From the NCBI GenBank assembly GCA_964565945.1, contig CAZMGY010000010.1, positions 59,344 through 91,343 on the forward strand: DNA of 32,000 bases, in the 5' to 3' direction. Made by a program: the position numbers and the translations under genes. The stretch's first letter is position 1. Each line of letters begins with the position of its first letter. The notes beneath the pieces were generated by a model. It worked only from the letters and a program-made list of their open reading frames with translations. It made no database searches and was not told where the DNA came from. Positions 24,581 to 32,000 of this stretch are shown here, in pieces. This stretch comes from an uncultured bacterium (GTDB lineage: Bacteria; GCA-001730085).

Positions 24581-27262
24581 ATGTCAGAAGCAAAGAACAC
24601 CCTAGATTCTCATGATATAGATCCTGTAGAAACACAGGATTGGCTTGAGTCCCTTGATTATATTTTGGAACAGCATGGTCCTGAACGAGCTAGATTTCTT
24701 TTGGAACAGGTCAAAGATTGGGCTGCTATTCGGGGTGTAAAGTCGCCCGTAACAGCCCGCACGCCTTACATCAATACGATTTTATCCGAAGAGGAAGTGG
24801 CTTATCCTGGAGATGAAGCTCTGGAGGAGGCTCTCGAAAATTGGATGCGTTGGAATGCCATGGCCATGGTGGTTCGTGGAAACAAGAAAAGCGATGGTAT
24901 TGGTGGACATATTGCAACCTATGCCTCTATTTGCACGATGTTCGAAATGGGATTTAATCATTTTTTTCATGCTAAGAGTGACGATCATCCTGGCGATCGT
25001 GTTTTTTATCAGGCCCATGCTTGTCCGGGCATTTATGCCCGCTCGTTTTTGGAAGGACGTTTAACTGAAGCTAATCTGAAAAACTTTCGTCGTGAGCTTG
25101 CCCCCGAAGGTGGACTTTCCTCGTACCCGCATCCTTGGTTGATGCCCGATTATTGGGAATATCCTTCGGTGTCGATGGGCTTGGCGCCGATCTCAGCCAT
25201 TTACCAAGCCCGTTTTAATCGCTATTTGATCAACCGCGGGGTTAAAGATGTGAGCCAGTCGCAGGTGTGGGTGTTTGTTGGGGATGGAGAAAGTGATGAG
25301 CCCGAGACCTTGGGTTCGATTCGTTTTGCGGGACGAGAAAAACTCGATAACCTCACGTTTATCATCAATTGTAACTTGCAGAGCTTGGATGGTCCTGTCT
25401 ATGGCAATGGAAAAATTATTCAGGAGTTGGAAGGCTCTTTTCGTGGGGCTAACTGGAATGTGATTAAAGTGATTTGGGGGCGTGGTTGGGATGAATTATT
25501 GGACAAAGACGAAGAAGGTCTTTTGATCAAACGCATGACCGAAGTGATTGATGGTGAATACCAAAAATACAAAACGATGGATGGTGCTTTTATTCGTCAA
25601 AATTTCTTTGGCGCGGAGCCTCGTTTGTTGGCTTTGGTGGCCGACAAAAGTGACGAAGAGCTTTATAACCTAGGTTGGGGTGGTCACGATCGACAACGTT
25701 TGTTTAACGCTTTTAAAGCGGCTAAAGAGCATAAAGGTCAACCAACTGTGATTTTGGTTAAGTCGGTCAAAGGATATAAACTTGGGTCGGCTGGAGAGGC
25801 AATGAATATTGCTCACCAGCAAAAGAAAATGACAGAAGAGCAAATCTTAACTTTTCGCGATCGTCTTCATTTGCCTTTGAGCGATGAAGAGGCTTTGCAG
25901 TTGCCGTTTCATGCGATTAATCAAGATAGCTCCGAAGCTCAGTATTTGCAAAAACGTCGCGAAGCTTTAGGTGGGCCGATACCTGTAAGAACGGTAAAAG
26001 CTGCGCCTTTGAAAGCGCCTGATTTATCTTTGTTTCAAGAAATGCTCGATGGCACCAAAGACCGTGGTGTTTCGACGACAATGGCCTTTGTTCGTGTCTT
26101 GGCCGCCCTATTGAAGGATAAAGAGATTAGTAACCGTGTTGTGCCGATCATTCCTGATGAGGCGCGTACGTTTGGTATGGATTCTTTGTTTCGTCAGGTG
26201 GGTATTTTTTCTTCGTTGGGTCAGCTTTATGAGCCTGTTGATAAAAAGACCTTTTTGTATTACAAAGAGTCCAAAGATGGTCAAATCCTTGAGGAAGGTA
26301 TTAATGAAGCTGGTGCAATGGCCTCTTTTATTGCGGCAGGAACGGCATATATGGCTTTCGATGAATACATGATTCCTTTTTACACCTACTATTCCATGTT
26401 TGGGTTTCAACGTGTGGGTGATGTGATTTGGGCTGCTGCCGATAGTCGTGCCAAAGGATTTTTGTTAGGTGCGACAGCGGGCCGAACCACGTTGAATGGT
26501 GAAGGTTTGCAGCACGAAGATGGTCATAGCCATGTGGCAGCTATGACTGTACCTAATTTAAAGGCTTACGATCCGACCTTTGCTTATGAAATTGCTGTGA
26601 TTGTTCGTGATGGTATTTACCGTATGTACGAAAAAGAAGAAGCTATTTTTTATTACATCACCTTGCAAAATGAAAACTATGTAATGCCTGCTATGCCCGA
26701 AGGTGTGGAGGAAGCCATTCTTAAAGGATGTTATCGTTGGCAAGAGCATAAAACTCAAAAAGGTCAGGCGAAGGCTCATTTGTTGGGCAGTGGTTCTATC
26801 ATGCAAGCGGTGATTAAAGCGCAAGAAATGTTAGCGGGCATCTACAATGTATCGGCGGATATTTGGAGTGTGACCAGTTATAAAGAATTACGTAATGATG
26901 CGCTTGAAACGGATCGTTGGAACCGTTTGCATCCCGAAGAAACACCTCGCAAATCTTATGTGAAAGAGCTTTTTGAAGGCGAAGACGGCGTTTTTGTGGC
27001 GGCTTCGGATTACATGAAAATTATGCCCGACGGTATTCGTTCATGGATGCCTCAAGATTATGTAGCGTTAGGGACAGATGGATTTGGGCGAAGTGAATCT
27101 CGAGAAGAGTTGCGGCGCTTTTTCGAAGTGGATGCCGAATGTATTGTTTTGAGTGTTTTGAGTGTTTTAGCCGAACGCGGTGAATTTGCTAAGGACGAAT
27201 TACCTCAAGTGATTAAAGATTTAGGAATTGATCCAGAGAAAGCCAATCCTTTAGTGGTTTAA
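24581..27262 (+). CDS. aceE: Pyruvate dehydrogenase E1 component, homodimeric type
   Basis: ~890-aa single-chain E1 with IGGHIATYAS, the GDGESDEPE ThDP-Mg motif, and NEAGAM transketolase-like text. Confidence 0.95.
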   Translation: MSEAKNTLDSHDIDPVETQDWLESLDYILEQHGPERARFLLEQVKDWAAIRGVKSPVTARTPYINTILSEEEVAYPGDEALEEALENWMRWNAMAMVVRGNKKSDGIGGHIATYASICTMFEMGFNHFFHAKSDDHPGDRVFYQAHACPGIYARSFLEGRLTEANLKNFRRELAPEGGLSSYPHPWLMPDYWEYPSVSMGLAPISAIYQARFNRYLINRGVKDVSQSQVWVFVGDGESDEPETLGSIRFAGREKLDNLTFIINCNLQSLDGPVYGNGKIIQELEGSFRGANWNVIKVIWGRGWDELLDKDEEGLLIKRMTEVIDGEYQKYKTMDGAFIRQNFFGAEPRLLALVADKSDEELYNLGWGGHDRQRLFNAFKAAKEHKGQPTVILVKSVKGYKLGSAGEAMNIAHQQKKMTEEQILTFRDRLHLPLSDEEALQLPFHAINQDSSEAQYLQKRREALGGPIPVRTVKAAPLKAPDLSLFQEMLDGTKDRGVSTTMAFVRVLAALLKDKEISNRVVPIIPDEARTFGMDSLFRQVGIFSSLGQLYEPVDKKTFLYYKESKDGQILEEGINEAGAMASFIAAGTAYMAFDEYMIPFYTYYSMFGFQRVGDVIWAAADSRAKGFLLGATAGRTTLNGEGLQHEDGHSHVAAMTVPNLKAYDPTFAYEIAVIVRDGIYRMYEKEEAIFYYITLQNENYVMPAMPEGVEEAILKGCYRWQEHKTQKGQAKAHLLGSGSIMQAVIKAQEMLAGIYNVSADIWSVTSYKELRNDALETDRWNRLHPEETPRKSYVKELFEGEDGVFVAASDYMKIMPDGIRSWMPQDYVALGTDGFGRSESREELRRFFEVDAECIVLSVLSVLAERGEFAKDELPQVIKDLGIDPEKANPLVV

Positions 27263-27315
27263 TTTGAGCGAACAAAATTGTACACGTTGTGACAGAAGAA
27301 TAAGGACAACTGTTT

Positions 27316-28557
27316 ATGGCTACTGAATTGAAATTACCCGAACTTGGAGAAGGAATCACCGAAGGCGATGTGGTGAATATTTTGGTTAATCCTGGTGATA
27401 TGATTGTTTTCGAGCAGACGCTTATGGAGCTAGAAACCAATAAAGCGACGGTGGATTTTCCAAGTGAGTGTGCGGGTGTAGTGAAAGATATTTTAGTTAA
27501 AGTCGGTGATACGGTTCCTGTCGGTGCTGTTCTTTTGACGATCGAAGAAACCTCATCTCAGAAAACTCAACAAGTAGCATCTTCTGGTTCTTCAAGTATT
27601 GTTAAAGCTGCGACTCCTTCGGTTACGGGTGTGACCAGCCCTGTAAAAACTTTAGCGGGTATTAAGCCCGATCGCTCGCAGCGTATTCCTACTTCTCCGT
27701 CCTTGCGTCGTCGCGCGCGTGTGTTGGGTATTGATTTGTATCATGTTCCTGGAACTGGTCCTGGGGGACGTATCACCACCGAAGACTTTGACCGCTTTTT
27801 GTTAGCGCAAAACTCAGGTGGAGGTGTTCAAGCGCCACCATTGCCAAATTTTAGAAAATGGGGTGAAATTAGCGCGAAGCCTTATAAATCGTTGCGTAAA
27901 AAAACAGCCGAGCATGTGACCATGTCGTCGCAATTGATTCCTCATGTGACGCAGTTTGATGAAGCGGATGTGACTGACTTAGAAAAAATGCGTAAAGACA
28001 AGGGCGAAGAGCTCAAGAGCAAAGGTGGCAAATTAACACCGATTGTTCTTTTGCTGAAAGCGGTGGCGCATTGTTTGGAAGAGTTTCCACAGTTTGCGGC
28101 CAGTTTAGATGAACAAGGTGGCAAAATCATTTTTAAAGGATACTATCATATTGGTATTGCGGTTGATACACCAAAAGGCTTGATGGTTCCTGTGATTCGC
28201 GATGTGGATAAGAAAAGTTTAGAAAAGCTCGCTTTGGAGCTGGTTGATATTGGAACACGCGCTCGTGATGCTAAAATCAAAGTGGATGATCTACAAGGTG
28301 GAGTGTTTACGATTTCGAGTTTAGGACATTTAGGAGGAACGTACTTCACACCAATTATTAATTATCCCGAGGTGGCGATTTTAGGTGTTTCTCGCCAAGA
28401 GTACAAAGCCGTTGTGCGTGATGGCGAAGTTGTCCCGCGTTTAATGTTGCCTTATGCCTTATCGTATGACCATCGTGTGATTGATGGTGTGGCAGGTGTG
28501 AAATTTACACGAGCTTTGGCGGCATATTTGGAAGCCAACGGACCGTTTCAAGAGTAG
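27316..28557 (+). CDS. aceF: Dihydrolipoamide acetyltransferase (PDH E2), single lipoyl domain
   Basis: Lipoyl site LMELETNKATVDFPS, subunit-binding domain SPSLRRRARVLGIDL..VPGTGPGGRIT, and catalytic SYDHRVIDG. Confidence 0.93.
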   Translation: MATELKLPELGEGITEGDVVNILVNPGDMIVFEQTLMELETNKATVDFPSECAGVVKDILVKVGDTVPVGAVLLTIEETSSQKTQQVASSGSSSIVKAATPSVTGVTSPVKTLAGIKPDRSQRIPTSPSLRRRARVLGIDLYHVPGTGPGGRITTEDFDRFLLAQNSGGGVQAPPLPNFRKWGEISAKPYKSLRKKTAEHVTMSSQLIPHVTQFDEADVTDLEKMRKDKGEELKSKGGKLTPIVLLLKAVAHCLEEFPQFAASLDEQGGKIIFKGYYHIGIAVDTPKGLMVPVIRDVDKKSLEKLALELVDIGTRARDAKIKVDDLQGGVFTISSLGHLGGTYFTPIINYPEVAILGVSRQEYKAVVRDGEVVPRLMLPYALSYDHRVIDGVAGVKFTRALAAYLEANGPFQE

Positions 28558-28577
28558 TATTTGAAGGAATAGACCCT

Positions 28578-29996
28578 ATGAGTAAGACATTAAAAGTAGA
28601 TTTAGCGGTGATTGGAGCGGGTCCTGGTGGCTACACAGCCGCATTTAGGGCAGCAGATTTGGGCTTAAATGTCGCTCTGATTGAAGGGGATCAACGATTG
28701 GGCGGAACTTGTTTGTTGCGAGGTTGTATTCCGTCCAAAGCTTTGTTGCATGTAGCGCATGTTTTGCACGAAGCCAAGGAAGCCAAAAACTGGGGGATTG
28801 ATTTTGGTACCCCCAAAATTAATTTAGACCGCTTGCGTTCCTGGAAGGAAAAAGTGGTGGGTCAATTGTCGCAAGGAATCGAAGATTTGCAAAAGCGTCG
28901 CAAGGTGAATGCCGTGAACGGTTGGGCTTCGTTTGAAAATTCGACGCGTCTTGTGATTGCTGGTGATGCCAATTATGAAGCTATTGAATTTGATAAAGCC
29001 ATTATTGCATCTGGTTCCGAGCCGACCAAATTACCCGGTGTGACAATTGAGAGTAATCGCTTGATCGACTCAACAGGCGCCTTAGAGCTCGAAAATATTC
29101 CTGAGCGTTTATTGGTGATTGGTGGAGGTGTGATTGCTCTTGAGTTGGGTCAGGTTTATGGCGAGCTGGGCAGTCGTGTGACGGTTGTGGAACTTACCGA
29201 TGGCTTATTGCCTGGTGCTGATCGCGATTTGGTCAAACCTTTGCAAAAACGTTTGGCAGCGGTGTTTGAAGATATTTATTTGGGCACTAAGGTGGTGGAT
29301 GTTCAAGAAACTGGGGATGGTTTGGAAGTGACGATGGAAGGTCCTGATGGCACGAATAAGCATATGTTCGATAAAGTTTTGTGTGCGATTGGACGTCGCC
29401 CTAAGCCCGAGCGTCTCCATTTAGAAAACACCCAAGTACACGTGAATGAACGTGGGTTTATTGAAGTAAACGAGCGGCAACAAACAGCCGATCCCTATAT
29501 TTTGGCGATCGGAGATGTGACGCCAGGGCCAATGTTGGCTCACAAGGCGGTCGCCGAAGGTCGTGTGGCAGCAGAATTTGTTGCAGGTGAAGACGTGGTG
29601 TTTGATGCCGAAGTCATTCCAGGTGTGGTTTACACCGATCCAGAAGTGGCGTGGTGCGGTTTGACCGAAACCGAGGCCAAAGAAAAAGGCATTGCCATTA
29701 GTGTTGGGAAATTTCCTTGGGCGGCGTCGGGTCGTAACTTAGCTTTAGGGCGCGATGACGGTTTAACAAAGATTATTTTTGATCCCAAAACCGAGCGTGT
29801 CTTAGGAGTTGGAATTGTCGGTTTTAATGCAGGTGAACTGTTGGCCGAAGGAACTTTGGCGATTGAAATGGCCGCTGTGGCGCAGGACTTGGCTGGGACT
29901 ATTCATGCCCATCCTAGTTTGTCGGAAACAGCAGCAGGAGCGACCGAAGTCTTTTTGGGTAGCGTCACCGATCTGTATGCACCTAAAAAACGCTAA
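28578..29996 (+). CDS. lpdA: Dihydrolipoyl dehydrogenase (E3)
   Basis: GAGPGGY, redox disulfide GGTCLLRGCIPSK, second Rossmann VIGGGVIALE, and HAHPSLSE. Confidence 0.95.
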   Translation: MSKTLKVDLAVIGAGPGGYTAAFRAADLGLNVALIEGDQRLGGTCLLRGCIPSKALLHVAHVLHEAKEAKNWGIDFGTPKINLDRLRSWKEKVVGQLSQGIEDLQKRRKVNAVNGWASFENSTRLVIAGDANYEAIEFDKAIIASGSEPTKLPGVTIESNRLIDSTGALELENIPERLLVIGGGVIALELGQVYGELGSRVTVVELTDGLLPGADRDLVKPLQKRLAAVFEDIYLGTKVVDVQETGDGLEVTMEGPDGTNKHMFDKVLCAIGRRPKPERLHLENTQVHVNERGFIEVNERQQTADPYILAIGDVTPGPMLAHKAVAEGRVAAEFVAGEDVVFDAEVIPGVVYTDPEVAWCGLTETEAKEKGIAISVGKFPWAASGRNLALGRDDGLTKIIFDPKTERVLGVGIVGFNAGELLAEGTLAIEMAAVAQDLAGTIHAHPSLSETAAGATEVFLGSVTDLYAPKKR

Positions 29997-30029
29997 GACA
30001 TCCTTTAGATCTGGAATAGATATCTCCAA

Positions 30030-31517
30030 GTGGATGGTTGGGATTTTAAGCAATACGTTCTTGGTATGCTTTTTTATCGGTTTATCAGTGAGAATTTAAC
30101 GAACTATATCAATGCGGATGAGCGTCGTACCGGAAAAAAGCATTTCGATTATATAACACTTTCTGACAAAGAAGCTGAGTTTGGGCGTGTTGATACCGTG
30201 AAAGAAAAAGGGTTTTATATTTTACCGAGTGAGCTTTTTGTCAATGTAACCAAAAAGGCACGTAATAATTCTAACCTCAATGAGACTCTTGCCGCTATTT
30301 TTCGTGACATTGAAAACTCGGCAAAAGGAACAGAAAGTGAAGATGACCTTAAAGGCTTATTTGATGATCTGGATGTAAATTCTAATAAGCTTGGAAACAC
30401 TGTAAAAGGAAGGAACCAAAGGCTTGCGAAACTTTTAGAATCTATCGGTGATCTTCGCTTGGGTGATTATTCCGGTAATACTATAGATGCGTTTGGTGAT
30501 GCCTATGAATACCTGATGGCAATGTATGCCTCAAAGGCCGGCAAGTCTGGAGGAGAGTTTTTTACGCCTCAGGAAGTTAGTGAACTTTTGGCTGAAATTG
30601 CCACGGTTGGAAAGAAGGAGGTCAATAAGGTATATGACCCTGCTTGCGGGTCAGGCTCATTGCTTCTCAAATTTGCCAAGGTTCTTGGCAAAGGAAATGT
30701 CAGGCAGGGGTTTTTTGGACAAGAGATTAACCTGACCACATACAATCTTTGCCGTATTAATATGTTTTTGCATGATGTGAATTATGAAAAATTTGATATT
30801 GCACACGGTGATACGCTTACCGATCCAAACCATTGGGATGATGAACCGTTTGACGCTATTGTCTCTAACCCGCCATATTCGATTAAATGGGATGGTGATG
30901 ATAATCCCATTTTAATAAATGACCCGCGTTTTTCACCTGCGGGAGTGTTGGCACCCAAAAGTAGAGCAGATTTGGCTTTTACGATGCATATGCTTTCCTG
31001 GTTATCCACGAGTGGAACAGCGGCGATTGTTGAGTTTCCCGGTGTTCTCTCTCGTGGTGGTGCAGAACAAAAAATTCGTAAATATCTTATAGATAATAAT
31101 TATGTTGATGCAGTGATTCAACTTCCTCCAGATTTATTTTTTGGAACTACTATCGCTACCTGCATTATTGTTCTTAAAAAAAGCAAAAAAGATAACAAAA
31201 CACTCTTTATTGATGCTTCGGCTGAATTTGTTCGTGGTGGTAATAAAAATAAATTGAGTGAAGAAAATCGCAAAAAGATTTTGAAAGCTTTTATAGAGAG
31301 AGAAGATAAAGTGCATTTTGCAAAACTTATTGATAACATGACGATTTCTGAGAATGACTATAATATTGCTATTTCAAGCTATGTGGAGCAAGAGGATACA
31401 CGAGAAATAATTAATATTATAGAGCTGAATAAAGAAATTACTCAAATTGTAAAACATCAACAAGAATTGCGTATCGCTATTGATGAAATCGTGAGCGATA
31501 TTGAAGGTGAAAAATAG
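30030..31517 (+). CDS. hsdM: Type I restriction-modification methyltransferase subunit, EcoR124I-like (type IC); the 5' end appears truncated
   Basis: VDGWDFKQYVLGMLFYRFISEN, GDAYEYLM..YA..AGKSGGEFFTPQEVS, motif I YDPACGSGSLLL, motif IV VSNPPYSIKW. The only available start is GTG 30030, with no SD. About 25 N-terminal residues present in EcoR124I HsdM, as I recall it, have no coding space here. Confidence 0.85.
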   Translation: MDGWDFKQYVLGMLFYRFISENLTNYINADERRTGKKHFDYITLSDKEAEFGRVDTVKEKGFYILPSELFVNVTKKARNNSNLNETLAAIFRDIENSAKGTESEDDLKGLFDDLDVNSNKLGNTVKGRNQRLAKLLESIGDLRLGDYSGNTIDAFGDAYEYLMAMYASKAGKSGGEFFTPQEVSELLAEIATVGKKEVNKVYDPACGSGSLLLKFAKVLGKGNVRQGFFGQEINLTTYNLCRINMFLHDVNYEKFDIAHGDTLTDPNHWDDEPFDAIVSNPPYSIKWDGDDNPILINDPRFSPAGVLAPKSRADLAFTMHMLSWLSTSGTAAIVEFPGVLSRGGAEQKIRKYLIDNNYVDAVIQLPPDLFFGTTIATCIIVLKKSKKDNKTLFIDASAEFVRGGNKNKLSEENRKKILKAFIEREDKVHFAKLIDNMTISENDYNIAISSYVEQEDTREIINIIELNKEITQIVKHQQELRIAIDEIVSDIEGEK

Positions 31518-31518
31518 T

Positions 31519-32000
31519 ATGGTTAAACGAAAGAATAAAATTGAGATATTGATTGATGAGCTTTCCTCTGATGGGGTTGAGTTTAAGAGTATTCAGGAAT
31601 TATTAGATAGAAAAGTTGTCTCAACTGTTAGTCCACCAAAGAAGCTGGTAAAAAAATATTACAAAGATATTGGTGATTTCCCAATCGTAGATCAAGGGAA
31701 GAATTTTATTGTTGGTTATACTGACGATGAAAATGTTGTTGTTGATAGTGGAGAGTATGTGGTTTTTGGAGATCATACTGAAGCGATAAAATATGTAGAC
31801 TTTCCTTTTGCTCAAGGAGCCGATGGTATCAAGATATTAAAAACGAATGGAATTTTGACAAAATATTTCTACTATTCTTTACATAATTTTTATAAAAAAA
31901 CTGGTAAGTATACAAGGCATTTTAGCTTTTTGAAGAAAACATTAATCCCAATCCCTCCTCTCCCAATCCAAGAGGAAATTGTCAAAATTTTTGATAATTT
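31519..32000 (+). CDS. hsdS: Type I R-M specificity subunit, partial (runs off the window end)
   Basis: Absent from the ORF track because of the edge. ATG 31519 sits 1 nt after the hsdM stop. My translation MVKRKNKIEILIDELSSDGVEFKSIQELL...FPIVDQGKNFIVGYTDDE...GDHT...IPIPPLPIQEEIVKIFD is a typical HsdS target-recognition domain, followed by the start of the conserved spacer helix. Confidence 0.85.
   Translation, partial: MVKRKNKIEILIDELSSDGVEFKSIQELLDRKVVSTVSPPKKLVKKYYKDIGDFPIVDQGKNFIVGYTDDENVVVDSGEYVVFGDHTEAIKYVDFPFAQGADGIKILKTNGILTKYFYYSLHNFYKKTGKYTRHFSFLKKTLIPIPPLPIQEEIVKIFDN

Noticed and set aside
27145-27170. About 2.9 copies of the 9-nt unit TGTTTTGAG in aceE, encoding VLSVLSVL
   Set aside because: It is very short, in frame, and lies in a helical C-terminal segment. 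It is probably a trivial microduplication with no evident consequence.
30005-30026. Palindromes AGATCT and AGATATCT at the lpdA/hsdM junction, considered as possible att or inverted-repeat island termini
   Set aside because: They are only 6-8 nt long and I found no matching copy elsewhere in the window. No integrase or transposase is adjacent. They are too short to separate from chance without seeing the other island end.

Overview
The window looks like core chromosome from a moderately AT-rich Gram-negative bacterium. The Gram-negative call rests on a PpiD-type chaperone, a GT9 heptosyltransferase, a homodimeric-type PDH E1 and a prepilin peptidase. I cannot assign a lineage by eye. Gene order: ppiD-like (partial, -); histidine kinase plus single-domain receiver (+). 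A tightly packed + strand block follows: leuA, DUF4870, pabB-pabC fusion, aroE, pilD, aroC, aroK, aroB, dprA and a 101-aa orphan, closed by one clean terminator; then topA and xerC-like recombinase. A - strand block holds bolA, a rhodanese-Nfu fusion, flavin reductase, a 2Fe-2S ferredoxin, a CPA2 antiporter with CBS pair and a GT9 glycosyltransferase. The window ends with an M24 peptidase (+), a membrane-anchored hypothetical (-), aceE-aceF-lpdA (+), and a type IC-like hsdM-hsdS pair running off the 3' edge. No rRNA, tRNA, CRISPR array or transposase was recognised. I cannot demonstrate a complete, clearly novel multi-gene system inside the window. Six observations deserve a second look. (1) An AT-rich type I R-M module is joined 33 nt after the lpdA stop, with an apparently 5'-truncated hsdM; this is probably the left edge of an accessory or defence island that continues past 32000. 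(2) An 11-G homopolymer sits in the catalytic GGGD motif of pilD. (3) A translationally coupled four-gene redox/sulfur/Fe-S cluster (ferredoxin, flavin reductase, rhodanese-Nfu, BolA) has an unusual domain fusion. (4) An in-frame 4 x 39-bp tandem repeat lies in leuA. (5) The transformation and pilus genes pilD and dprA are interleaved with chorismate-pathway genes. (6) A non-Smg orphan gene sits between dprA and topA. All functional calls come from motif recognition by eye, with no database search.
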